Shown here in pieces: positions 1 through 11,987 of a stretch of DNA of 64,000 nucleotides. The DNA is taken from the NCBI GenBank assembly GCA_963924565.1, contig OZ004612.1, positions 7,502,001 to 7,566,000 of the forward strand, read 5' to 3'. This stretch comes from Ascidiella aspersa. Lineage: Eukaryota. How positions within the stretch are numbered: the stretch's first letter is position 1; each line of letters begins with the position of its first letter. The notes under the pieces were generated by a model. It saw nothing but the letters and a program-made list of their open reading frames with translations. It ran no database searches and was not told where the DNA came from. The position numbers were made by a program, and so were the translations under genes.

Positions 1-993
1 CCTACCTAGATTTATAGTGACTTTTTCTAAACGCATGATATTTTGTCAGAGGATTTCTTTTAAAAAACTAAATAGTAAAACAAATCGATCGCTTATTGCA
101 AGAACAAATAGACATTATGAAGAAATTTATAACATGACAAGATATCCTAAAAAATTAATTGACCTGGTTTAAACCAACGACATAATTATAAAAAAAAATT
201 TCTATGTCGTTGTTTAAACCCTTGCCTCATTTATGTTTTAGTTTTCTTCGAACGGGTAAACCCCGAATATCTTTCGCACTACCGCCTTTTTACGTTTAAG
301 TTTCTTTCAGTAAACCTGGTGAACTGTGAAAAATATTTAGAATGCAGACGTGGACCAACCGACCAACCACAACAAGTTTGCATTTGAAAGAGTTACTTTC
401 GATTTAGTCAGAATATCTTAATTTTAGAAAATTTCGTGTTATGTTGGGCTATATGTCCTCCTCTAATTGCACTTTATGTCAGTTATAGGCAATGGTCCAG
501 ATTACTATCACAACACAACGCACATTATTTGGTTTAGGTATGGTTATAAGCGTTTGGGTTTTGGTAGATCAACATTATTAATTAAATAATAAATATGATA
601 ATATTTGCCCCACCCATAGCCGAACGTTAGCGAACCCGCACTTCAACCCAAATATTGTGCGTTGATTCAATTTGTTTGAACTCTGTTTGGTAGGATTCTA
701 GACCAGCGCTCAATAATATGGTTTTATGGAACAAGTCAAATGATTTTTCGACAACAGAATGAGTCATAATCTTTAAAAGTAAAACTCCATTGTTTGCATT
801 GTAGTTATGACTATGAGTAAAAGAGTAAAGTTGTACTCTGTTGGGTGATTAAAAAGTGCCTAATTCCCCAAAATAGAAGTATATCAATTACTATGCATCA
901 TCACAGTCTTGTGTAACCTTAATTCATATGCTTGTTTCAAGGCGCTCCAGCCACAACTTTATACTGTAAGCAAGTCAGGGTATAATTGATAAA

Positions 994-3900
994 ATGGATA
1001 GCAATGCACCTTTTGTTGCAAACCTGGTCAACAGCATTATAGGAGTGAGTGTACTTGCTATGCCCTACTGCATGAAGAAATGTGGAATTCTTCTGGGACT
1101 GGCACTGCTCCTAGGTGCATCATGGCTCACCTATGTGTCTTGCAGTATGCTCATCACATCAGCTGTTATAACAAGGCGAAGGAGCTATGAGTATTTGGCT
1201 TTTCACACACTTGGTCCCACAGGAAAACTCATAGTCGAAATGAGTATGATTGGTCTCATGCTGGGGACCTGTGTGGCATTTTATGTCATTATCGGAGACC
1301 TTGCTACTAGCATTTTTGCCTCCTATGTAAGCACTAATGAACTTCAACTGAGAACGTTTGTGATAATTTTTTGTGCGCTGTGTATTGCCCTTCCATTGGG
1401 GTTAATGAGAAACCTATCGGTGCTTGGCAAGATAGGATTTCTATCACTGATGTTTTACTTTTGTTTTCTGTTGGTCATGTTATATAACGCAGTTGCAAAT
1501 GGGTTTTTAACATTCGAGTGGCTGTCGAAAATCGAACTTTTTCGCCCAGCAGGCATATTTCAAATCCTGCCTATTTTCAGCCTGGCCTATGCCTGCCAAT
1601 GTCAGCTGTTTGTCTTGTACGATTCAATTGAAGATCCAACCGTGATGCGAATGGAAATGATAGTCACACGTGCCATGAAGCTAGTCACGTTTGTCTATTG
1701 CCTGGTTGCCATCTTTGGATATACAACCTACCACGCTCTTGTTCAAGGAAACGTTTTGCAAAACTTGCCACACACAGTTCTACTGGAGCTGGTTAAGTTT
1801 GGTTTTGCAGGCTCTGTTGTGATTGGATTTCCCTTGATGATATTTCCGTGCCGACAGAGCATTTACACTCTTTTCTTTGGACAGCAGTCCCCTGTCGATG
1901 GAGTTGCATCCAAAACCTACATTGAGCCTTTCACATTCAAAATCTTAACTCTTTGCATTGTTCTTTCGACTATGACAGTGGCCATCTTCATTCCAAATGT
2001 AGAGACGATCTTGGGTTTAACTGGTGCAACAATGGGTTCCTTGATTTGCTACATATTGCCTGCGGTGATTTATTCCAAGGCCTACACTAAGGGAAATGGC
2101 GTACTTCCAAAGCTTGTATTTATCCTTGGCTGTGTTCTACTGGTTGTATGCACATACCAAAACCTGACTGCCATCCCCGAACCAAAGCCTGATATTGCGA
2201 AGATAATTCACCCAGATAATGTAGACAATCCTGTGGTACCTCCCAATAACGTTGTTCAGGATTCAGATGAAAAAGCCGTGCCTATTTTAGATAAACCCCT
2301 GTTAAATAATCCTCAACTGCAAGATCTGGACAGTGAAAAACGAGTTGAGCCACCCAATCCGATTGAGCCTATAGTGAATAACATTCCAAATGAGCATCAA
2401 GAAGAGCCGGTTGAAGGTATGAACAACGAGGAAAAAGTGCCACTTGTTGGTGCAGATGTTAAACACAATGCTGACCCTCCTCAAGCTATTAATGAAAATC
2501 GAGACACCAGAGAAAAAAAGGATTCAAACCATGAAATTAATTCACCGGTGGAGCATGAAAAGGTTAAAGATCATGTTATCGAAAAACCAAAAACAGAAGT
2601 TGTTGATCAAGAAAAAGCTCCCGAGCACGAACAGAAGAGGGAAGATGGCAACAATCATTTGCAAGAGGAAAAGCATGAAGCCGATGCCGAAAACAACGAC
2701 TCTGAGCATAAAGAAGGGGCTGACATTGATGACAAGCTGCTTCTGGAGAAAATACAGGAACAACACAAGAAGCAACACGCATTGTTGGAAGAACAGCATG
2801 AAATCATTGAGCAACTGGTGAAGCATCAACAAGAGAAAACTGATGATGAAGATCCAAAAGAGAACGTTCCCAAAGCTAGTGAAGATGAAAATCCAGCACC
2901 TGTCTTGCAAAAGCAACCTGCAGTCAACCAAAAAGAGCCAGCATTGGCAGATGCAGAAAAACAACCTATAATTGCGAATAGGCAACCAGATGTACCCTTA
3001 AATGCCAATGGGGGCCAAGATGTCAAGCAACACCCAGTTGTCCAAAAGAAACCGGATGCGGCGTTAAATAGACAACCTGTGATCGCCAACAACGAACCAG
3101 TTGTAAACTTAGTAAAGCCAGTAGAAAAACGGCAAGATCCTGCTCCTGTTCATGCAAATCCGCCAGAAGCTTTGCCTGTTGTAAATCAGGCTAAGCCTCA
3201 ACCTGTATTGGAACAAGAGCACAAACTTCCCGAAGCTGTCAGAAATGCAGAAGAAAAACTAAATGCACCCGCAGCTGCTGTTCAGCCGGGTGCAGGGGTC
3301 GTTCCAAACAACCCCGCTCCTGTTGTGCCACAAAACCCAGCAGTGTTGATTCCTGTAAGATTTTTTGTTTTTATTTATTAATTAAAACCATATTTGGCAT
3401 ATAATCTGTAAAGCGGTTTCCAAATTCTGCTGATGAATCTGAGGATTAATAACCTAAAAGTGTTAAAAATCAAACTTTTACAGAAAAAATTAAATTGTAA
3501 ACACAAAAGTGTTTTCTTAATTATAAATATATCTGCCTATTAAATAAAGATGACTAATTATATCTGATCAATGCTGATACCCGATCCCCAATGGTAGTAT
3601 CAGCAGGGATGGGATATTCAAAAACTAATAGGTTAACATTTGCTTGAGACTTATCAATGCAAAATCAAATTGTGACAGAACAACCTGGAAAATCACCTTG
3701 AATGTTTTAATTTCATCTATTTTGCATGTTTGAACGTAGTAATGACCTCTTTTGGTATCGAAATTGATCACAATACTTTTTTGTTTAAAATATCCAGGGT
3801 ATTGGAATAAAAGTTTATGTATAGGACATTCTGAATATTATAATAGCCTGGTGTATTGTTTAAAACAGTAATTTCCCACCAGAATGCCATTTTAGCATTT

Positions 3901-4423
3901 AAGCATGCCAAATCATTTTTTGACTATTGTTTTGTAAATGCCTGTACGGTTTGAAAAGTTGATTAGCTTGGTGACCACTGACTGTTGGTTCAATTTCTAA
4001 CCAAAAATTTCCAATCCATGTTATTTGCAGCAAAATCAAGCAAATGATGTTGTTCAAGCTGCTGCAGATAAAAAACATTTGCCACCCGTTGCTGCTGTCA
4101 ATGAACAACTAGACAATGAGCCGGCTAAGATTGACAAGCGGGAAGTTGTTCAACCAACTATAACTCAGCAACCTGAAAATGTCGAGGGCGAAGAACTGCA
4201 CAAAGCAAGAGATCTGAAATCTGTTGAAGAAGGTATGTTTGTATATTTAAGTGTACTTCAATTTGATTCTTTTTTTTATTGATGGTGGGAGCTTTATTTG
4301 CACTGTTTTGGCTTTTTGTTGTAATTTACAGATGCGATGAATTATCTCTTACAAAACAACACTTTTAGGCCGTTTATTAAAGTGCAGAGATATCAGACCA
4401 CGTTTTTCGATTTATTTGTATAA
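994..4423 (+). CDS. SLC38A10: Putative sodium-coupled neutral amino acid transporter 10 (SLC38A10-like). Exons 994-3354, 4031-4232 and a tentative last exon 4332-4423 (alternative short last exon from 4535).
   Basis: N-terminal Aa_trans fold (NSIIGVSVLAMPYC, FSLAYACQ, ETILGLTGATMGSLICYILPA) followed by a long acidic/Pro-rich tail with the SLC38A10-like coiled segment LLEKIQEQHKKQHALLEEQHEII. GT donor at 3355 (phase 0), TTGCAG acceptor ending at 4030, donor at 4233 (phase 1). The last exon is uncertain. Confidence 0.88.
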
Positions 4424-5772
4424 AAGAAAAACTTTGTGTATCTTAAGCTTATTAATGTTAGCCAAAGGACCTTCTTTTAGTTTAATACTACCTATAATTA
4501 AACGTAAACTTGTATGTTTTTCCTCGTTTTGCAGTCGTTGAATGAAAAGAACAACACTGTCAGTGAATGCACTGCCATGAAAGAGACACTCATTAATACA
4601 TGGCGCGATTGCAGAAGAACATCGCCCCTTCTTCACAAGTTGCTTATCTCTATGCATTTCAACAAAATCAACACGTCTTCGGATAGGCGTGAAAGTGGAA
4701 ATGGAAAATTGGCCATCATTTTACAAGGCAGGACCCGTCCGTTTTTTATTCTATTGAAACTTTTAAATCCGCGCCTAAAATCTATAATGTGCCGTGTGAT
4801 TTTGAGTTGCAGTATTGGCAATTGTTTGAATTTTTAAACTTGACAGCTAAACACCCTAAGCAGACCGTAATCTACTAACTGAGCAATATGTCACTTGAAT
4901 CATAAGTGGGTTAAAAGAGGGCTCTTGAAATCGCTCCCATGGGCTTCGGGTTTCAATAGACTAAGTTTGGGTTTGATTCTATAAACGGAAGCCACTACAA
5001 CCTGACTGACGGTTCATAAGTATTGGCTTAATTTGTTTTGGCCTGCGACAGAAAAATTTGACATGTCGGTGATGTATTGTTACATAAACAATACCGTTTT
5101 GATGCTTTGAATGCTGTTAGAGTCGCGCCAGGTTCGGCATTGACCAGGGGTGAATAAAATACCAGTCCATCGCACTCCCTTCCACCTTGTGGGTAAAATG
5201 CATAACAAAATAGGACCACAATAATTTGAAATGACCAGTCACCTAAATATTACAAGTTTTATTCTTACCGTAACATGATTAATTCTCGTTTTTTCTACCA
5301 TCCATTCGACCGTTATCAACTAAGTACGTGTCATAAAAATGTTGTTCGGGCAGTCGGGGTATGTAATTAAAAGCAAAGCAACCCATTTTACTTTGGCCAG
5401 CGACGTGATAAAATGTCGTTTTTATTACCTGCCGCACGAACGCAGTTGAGGCAGACCGTGCGAACTCTGGCAGCTGGGCGCGTCCAAAAATATCCGCCTA
5501 ATCAGTTAATTACTCTTTCTAATTCGAGATCAATGGGCGATAAACCAGCGCGTGCGTTTCGGACATGCTAACCACCGTTGTGCCAACAGCGTAGAACAAC
5601 ACAGGAAAACGAAATACGTGTACCTATGCTTTTCTCAAAGCTTATGACAATGTTTTTTTAACTAAACGAAATAAAAGTTGCGTAAAATTGAGCAAAATGT
5701 TTCCAAGGAGAAATTAAACTTTTAATAATTTTCGAACAGCGTTAATAAAATTCTAAAATCAGAAACCCGAGT

Positions 5773-5789
5773 CCGACTCCGCAGCCCTG
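5773..5789. mobile_element. Solo terminal inverted repeat of a non-autonomous DNA transposon (CCGACTCCGCAGCCCTG)
   Basis: Reverse complement is CAGGGCTGCGGAGTCGG, a CAG-starting TIR-like motif recalled from animal MITEs. No enclosing partner end was found. Confidence 0.3.
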
Positions 5790-7993
5790 CCGAAAATTTT
5801 CCTTTTCGAAATTAAGTTTGTGCTAATTGTGATAACCTTGCTGTAGTTTAGTTGCGATAAGAAGTTCATTTTCGTCTAAAGTGCAGTATCCACTCTCGTT
5901 ATTAATTTTGTTTACGGTCTACGTATAGTCGTTATTTCAGCAGCAACTTTTTGTCCCTAAGCCTATTGTTACATTGGTATAAATCGGTAACATTTTATGT
6001 TTCGTCATCGAGTCTTCGGCGCATTGTATCGTGTGCGTTGTGTAAAGAACGTTCGCGCAAAATTAAATTTTCGTCAATGTGCTTTGTCCAATGCAGACTC
6101 TGAAGGTTTAACATTTTTTTAATTTGCACGTTCCTTACAATCGAGCTATAGTTCGTGTGTTAAATTAAAAAAGTCAAATAAAAAAATATACATCAATTCC
6201 AATCTCGTTGAGCATAATCGCGCTTATGTGTTTTAATTGACTCTTATACTCGTCTTTTTTTGCTCCGTCCTTTAATTAAAAGTTTTGAGAAACAAATCAT
6301 CTTTAAAATAAATATAATTCGCGTTTTTAATGAACTGTTGGTAAGGTCGCACCCAAGCGATTCAAGCTTGTCCGGTAATTGTGAGGGTAAGGAAGGTTTA
6401 ATTTCGTTTTTTTCACGTGTTTTATTTTTGTGTAGTGCCACTGTAATGTCGAACTTCGCCCTACGATTGCTTTGCGAACGTTCACTTTCATCTTTCCCTC
6501 TCCTTTTCTTTCGCGTAACTTGTTAAGAAGCCGTCTTGCCTGTTCTCTTTTTTGCGCGCTTGTTTCTAACAAAGGTTTTAGTTGAAAGATGATTTTACGA
6601 CCGGTTCGTCGCTTCTCGTTGAAAATAAAACGATATAAATGTGATTTTGGTGTTCAGTAGTATAGCAGGCCAGGGCCGCAGGGCAACCCTAAGCCAATGC
6701 AGAATTTACGAATTACTTTAGCTACCAGCTTGTGTCATATGTTTTATCATTTCCTCGCGGATTTGTTACGTGGAAAAATACTTGTTACGTCATTACAGTA
6801 ACTGCCGCACACATGCGTAACATTAAATTAATGAAATAACAAATTAAACTTAATTGCCGCCTCAGAAAGGAATTGCCGCCTGTGAAAACATAAATTTATT
6901 TACCGCAAAAGTGTCACAGAAAAGAGGTTCGTTGTCACGTTTGATCCTGTGACTGGTCGATTGTGAGTCTCTAAAAAATATGGTCGATTGCAATCAAACA
7001 TAAGTTGGCCACACCTGGTATACAGGTAAGAATGGTTTCTCAAAGTATTTGCTTGTTTTTTCTGTGATAACAAATTCTTTTATATTCGAGGCTTTTGGGA
7101 TACTGGCAAGATTACGAAATGGATTTCAGGTGTTTCTTACTTTACGAACTGTTCTTAAAATGTCACTCATTTGGCCGGCAAATTACTTTGGTCGAGAAAC
7201 CTTGGGAAGTATCTACCAGGCGATCCCGTTATCAAGATTTGCGAAACTCATCACTACATTGTTGTATGTCCGAAAAAAGTCTTTAAAAACAGATTTTTCA
7301 TACTTAAAAATATATTTGAGTCTTTGGTTATACAAACGTTTCTTTGTCGCCACCTAGCGATATATTTTATAGTATTAAAATACACAAACAAAAAATGGTT
7401 TATCGTTGCCGTAGTACACGTGTACAGTAAAACCTGTTGCAAATCTACCGCTAATAAAACCTGACGACTTTAAACTCCATATATATATATATTTTAAAGT
7501 TGGCAGTTATAGGTTACTCCTTTAATAAAATCACAGTTTTCTTTCCTGGGTTACACTATTAGACCTTAAATTCACGAAGAAAGAATAAAACCTCTATATA
7601 TTAAAATCATTTCAAATAACAGACTCCTGTATGTTGACTATCCCAAAATGTTTTGTTTTCCTAATTTTGCTTTTTCAGCACTGCGACTTACATATGACAT
7701 AACGAAGTTCATTGCAAATACTAATAAACACAGTATAATGAACACCTAATACAACAGAGTTAAAGGTTTAATCAGTGGTCCGCACCAGCGAGCAGCAATC
7801 AACATTTATCTAAAGGAAAACGTGGATTTTAGCGCAAGACGTAATCAAAAATATTTTTCTAGTGAGAAGTAATTACATATAAATGGCGATCGTTAGAAGG
7901 TAAAACAATGTACATTGTACAACAAATTTAGGAAAGAGATAGAAGCGCTTTGTTAGGTCAATAGATATACCAAATAAAAACACTTATTAAATT

Positions 7994-8590
7994 TCAAGAT
8001 TTTGGCTCCTCTGCATTTTCAGGCTCCGACGATTTATCGGAAGTCATTGCTTCTTTATCTTCCGGTTTCGACTCTTCAGGTGTGGTCTCAACTTGAACAT
8101 CCACCTGTTGTTCTTCCGGCGCTTTCAGAGCCAAACGCGGAGCGGTGACTTTAAGGACTCCTCCCTCGCCAAGAGTGGATGTCAGTTGCTGGGCGTCCAC
8201 CGTGTCCGGGAGGACCAGGGATCGATGATACTCCCTCCTCGTGTGAGACACAATCCCGTCCTGATCCGACTCCACCTCAGATCTCGCTTCAACGATCACC
8301 TTTTGACCGACCGTCTTCACTTTGATGTCGCCAGGAGCGAAGCCTTTCAGGTCGAAGTCGTAGGTAAAAGGCGAAGTTTCTTCGTTTTCATTTTTATCTT
8401 CATTTTTCTTGCTATCGTCGTCCTTTGTCGCCAACGTTAAAAACCTCGGCAAGCTTTGAAGTAGCAGTTCTTCCAATGCATCTACGGGACGAGGTTGAAA
8501 CAAAGCCAGCGTGAATGGATCCCATTCGTACCTCGCGTACGGCTGTCTTCTCACGCAGCAGCTGGCTGGGTAACATACACGCACTGACAT
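7994..8590 (-). CDS. Small heat-shock protein (HSP20/alpha-crystallin family), copy A, 198 aa, intronless
   Basis: N-terminal WDPF motif, alpha-crystallin domain (FDLKGFAPGDIKVKTVGQKVIVEA...RREYHRSLVLPDTVDAQQLTSTLGEGGVLKVTAP) and C-terminal V-x-V motif (VDVQV). TATA and HSE lie upstream. Confidence 0.93.
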   Translation of the reverse strand: MSVRVCYPASCCVRRQPYARYEWDPFTLALFQPRPVDALEELLLQSLPRFLTLATKDDDSKKNEDKNENEETSPFTYDFDLKGFAPGDIKVKTVGQKVIVEARSEVESDQDGIVSHTRREYHRSLVLPDTVDAQQLTSTLGEGGVLKVTAPRLALKAPEEQQVDVQVETTPEESKPEDKEAMTSDKSSEPENAEEPKS

Positions 8591-8698
8591 CCTTCTGTTT
8601 AACTATCTTCTATATACTTCAAAAATACGAAAGTGTTCGAGCTGCTTTTGGTTGGTTTCGGATAAACTTATCTTATGCCATCTACCGAATCTGACGAC

Positions 8699-8727
8699 TT
8701 ATATACTAGCCGCGAACGTTCGAGAGA
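8699..8727 (-). promoter_or_regulatory. TATA box (8699-8705) and heat-shock element (8713-8727) of sHSP A
   Basis: Minus-strand TATATAA; cGAAc gTTCg aGAGa (two perfect and one imperfect nGAAn units) immediately upstream. Confidence 0.7.
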
Positions 8728-9104
8728 GAATGACGTACGCGTAAGAGAAGTGAATCGAAAAAAGAAAAAATGGCGTGAGAGAAATTGTCGAGAAAAAAAG
8801 TCTCCTAAGAGTAACACAGGATTTTTACGAAGGGTCGAAAGTATATTTTTTTAAGCGGCTCGAACTTTTGTTAAACGTCGTAAGTCGGGTTAAATTGCAC
8901 TTTTTGGTACCTACAGCCATTTTTTGCAAACAATATGGAAAAAATATGTTTTGAAAAATATTACCAAAAAAGGGTAAAAACACGGCTTTTAGTTTAATCT
9001 ATTTTACCATTTATTTCCAATGCAATAATTTAATTGAAACAACAAATTCAAACAAACATTTGCATAAAGTCACTATTACTCGACACGCCCCAATGTTCGC
9101 GTCG

Positions 9105-9193
9105 TTTCGCGAAGCTCTCGAACCTTCTTTCTTTTCTGGAATATTCTCTCGCTCGCGTCATCTTCTCTCGAAAATTCTAGGCCAGTATATATA
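9105..9193 (+). promoter_or_regulatory. Heat-shock elements and TATA box of sHSP B
   Basis: Perfect 3-unit HSE tTTCt gGAAt aTTCt at 9133-9147; further TTCgcGAA, GAAccTTC and GAAaaTTC units; TATATATA at 9186-9193. Confidence 0.8.
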
Positions 9194-9312
9194 GCGACGC
9201 TCGGCTGAACTGCACCAAAATCAGTCAATCTGAATTCTTTCGCAGTTATAAAGTATAGGAATTTACTAAAAAGTGACAAGTTAAAAGTACTTAAATATTT
9301 AAAATAGAAGAA

Positions 9313-9924
9313 ATGGCAGTACGTGTATTCTATCCAGGACGTCGTTGCTTAAGAAGACAACCGTATACAAGATACGAATGGGACCCATTCACACTGGCTC
9401 CTTTTCAACCGCGGTCAGTAGATACCTTGGAAGAATTGCTGTTACAGAGCTTGCCGAGATTCCTTACGTTGGCGAAAAGAGACGAAAAAAAGAATAATGA
9501 AAACCACAAAAACAAGGAAGAAAATACGGAAAACGAGAAAACTTCGCCTTTCACGTACGACTTTGACCTAAAGGGCTTCGCTCCTGGCGACATCAAAGTG
9601 AAGACTGTTGGTCAAAAAGTGATAGTGGAAGCGAGATCTGAGGTGGAGTCGGATCAGGACGGGATTGTGTCTCACACGAGGAGGGAGTACCACCGATCCC
9701 TGGTCCTCCCGGACACGGTGGACGCCCAGCAAATGACCTCCACTTTTGGCGAAGGAGAAGTCCTCAAGGTCACCGCTCCGCGTTTGGCTTTGAATGCTCC
9801 GGAAGAGCAGCAGGTGGAAGTCCAAGTTGAGACAACTCCCGAAGAGTCGAAACCGAAAGATAAAGAAGCTACGACCTCTGAAACTCCGGAGCCAGCTCAC
9901 ACAGATGACGAGCGAAATTCCTAA
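9313..9924 (+). CDS. Small heat-shock protein, copy B, 203 aa, intronless, divergently transcribed from copy A
   Basis: WDPF motif, alpha-crystallin domain nearly identical to copy A, VEVQV motif, HSE and TATA upstream. Confidence 0.93.
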   Translation: MAVRVFYPGRRCLRRQPYTRYEWDPFTLAPFQPRSVDTLEELLLQSLPRFLTLAKRDEKKNNENHKNKEENTENEKTSPFTYDFDLKGFAPGDIKVKTVGQKVIVEARSEVESDQDGIVSHTRREYHRSLVLPDTVDAQQMTSTFGEGEVLKVTAPRLALNAPEEQQVEVQVETTPEESKPKDKEATTSETPEPAHTDDERNS

Positions 9925-11634
9925 ACCCTTGTCGTCTTACGTTTTCCTGTTTTATATGTCATTTGCTGCGTAACTTTTTATGTGGTTAAAAATATTGCTT
10001 TGTTTTTTCGCTATTAATCCGAGATTAACAGACATTTGGAAACTATTCAAACAATCTTTGTGTAATTAGTGTATTTTATGATGTTCATATTTTGCAATAA
10101 ATTATTGTGAAAGAAATGCAACTAAAAATTTCTTTTTAAAGAGTTCAATAAACCAATTAAGTAAAAACCATTCTTCCCCTTAATCTTATTGCTGTGTCTC
10201 TGTTATTTATTATACAATACTGATCAAGGTAGGTTTGAATAGTTCTATTTTTGTTTATAATAACGAGTGTTATTATTAAAGACATCTGATATATATTAAC
10301 CAGGTTCCAACTGTTTTAACTTAGTTCATCGCATTTAAATGAACTATAGTTTTTTGCCAAAATATATATACCTAATTTTATTTTTGTCTTGCGCAATAAA
10401 AGTATTTTAAACCCTAGTTATTTTCTCGTAACATTCCGTCTTAAAAATGTTTAATGTGCATTAAAAACACAAAGACCAAAAAAGCATCGGTATTATTTTT
10501 GTTAAAGCCTTTTTTAAGGCCATAACGTTGAGCTACGTGATAACGGCAAACCTTAATAGAGAGTTATGGTAGCTATGAAATCAAAGTAAAGTCAACCCTT
10601 TGATTAATTTTGAATAAATGTTGTTTTTTGTACCCATTGTTCTGTGTGAGAAAGGCGCTTATGGGTCAAACTGGTTTTCTCATATGAAGTTTTCGTACCG
10701 GGTTTTTGCAGTTAATTTGTGACATTATGAACGTCGATGACATTGAAAAGTTTTTAACGGCACTAACTAACACTCCTTGTGTAGTGTCATGCGAAGCTAT
10801 ATAAAAACAAGAATAAGCTGAAACACTTTCAAATAAGGATACTCCCATAGACAATGCGATGTAAACGAAAGATTCTTGCTTTCGAATCAGACTGTTTATT
10901 TACTACAAACAAGTATAAAAGCACAAAACCATTCCTTAAAGTTTTACAGAAACATATATTTCAGCATTTAAAATAGGCATGATCAGTTCCTGTAAAAAAA
11001 TAACCTGTATAAAATACCAAAAATATATGTTAAATGTGAAACAAAAAACATATATATATATACAAGATAGCCACTTTTAACTACATTTTTGGCATTATAT
11101 ACATGATTGTGTTTTTTACAGATACTGATGATGTCCATATTTTATACGGCGAAGCATATATTTCTGGCAAATTTAAAACAAATATTTTATGCTTTTATAC
11201 CTGTTTTTACTTCAAGAAAGAGTAAACAAGAATGAGTTCAGAAAATAAGATTGCTACTTGAATTACATTACAAAGTGTAAGTAACTTTGAGTGTACTCTG
11301 CGTGCGTTTTTGCAGAAATCAATGCTGCTAAAGTTTTCTAGACCATGAGGTTATTAAAGTACGTACCAGCACATCATTTCGCTTCAAGCCGATTGGCTTA
11401 TTGTGCGTTCACGTATTTGTCCGAAAGCTAACAAGAAAATACATGTTGGGCGTATCAAAAGTAAAGGCCAAGTGGTGTGGGATTGTTATTTGCGGTTTAT
11501 ATTCTAATAGCAACCGTGTTTCACCGAAAATGAAACAATCTTGAAAATAAATTTGTTTTGAAGTAAATAAGTAAAATTTTGGAAAGCCAGCAATCTCTTG
11601 TTTGCGCATGATTTAGTTTAACCAGACCTTCCTT

Positions 11635-11649
11635 TTTCTAGAAGGTTCT
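11635..11649 (+). promoter_or_regulatory. Perfect 3-unit HSE upstream of sHSP copy C
   Basis: tTTCt aGAAg gTTCt, in a sequence context homologous to the copy B HSE. No clear TATA box is retained. Confidence 0.7.
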
Positions 11650-11756
11650 CTTTAAACTCGTTTTGACAGGGCGTGTCAAATCAGTGGAAGACGTGCTGGT
11701 ACAAAGCTATCAAGGGCATAACAATCTTATTTCGGCTGATACAAAAAATAATGGAA

Positions 11757-11987
11757 ATGGCAATGCGTGTTTACTACTCTGGGTACCCTTTCGGAAGACA
11801 TCCATGTCTAAGTTATGAATGGGATCCATTCTCGCTGTTTTCATTTCAACCTCGTCCAATGGAAGGATTCGTACTTCATAGCATTCCGAGATTCCGATCG
11901 TTGACAACAAAAGACGAGGAAGCGTCTGCTGAAGTTGGGAAGACGAAAATCCCCCAAAACGAATGGCAAATGAAATCCAAACTTTAA
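11757..11987 (+). pseudogene. sHSP copy C with in-frame deletion of the entire alpha-crystallin domain (76 aa mini-ORF)
   Basis: MAMRVYY...EWDPF...PRFRSLTTKDE is joined directly to EASAEV...KSKL. Alignment to paralog E (14785-15249) shows ~320 nt missing. Confidence 0.8.

Noticed and set aside
4412-5630. Possible spliced minus-strand gene behind SLC38A10
   Set aside because: Candidate exons need an implausible ~26-nt intron and give no recognisable protein.
8093-9900. Antisense ORFs over the sHSP genes (8093-8440, 9568-9900)
   Set aside because: Shadow frames of the sense CDS with non-ATG starts.
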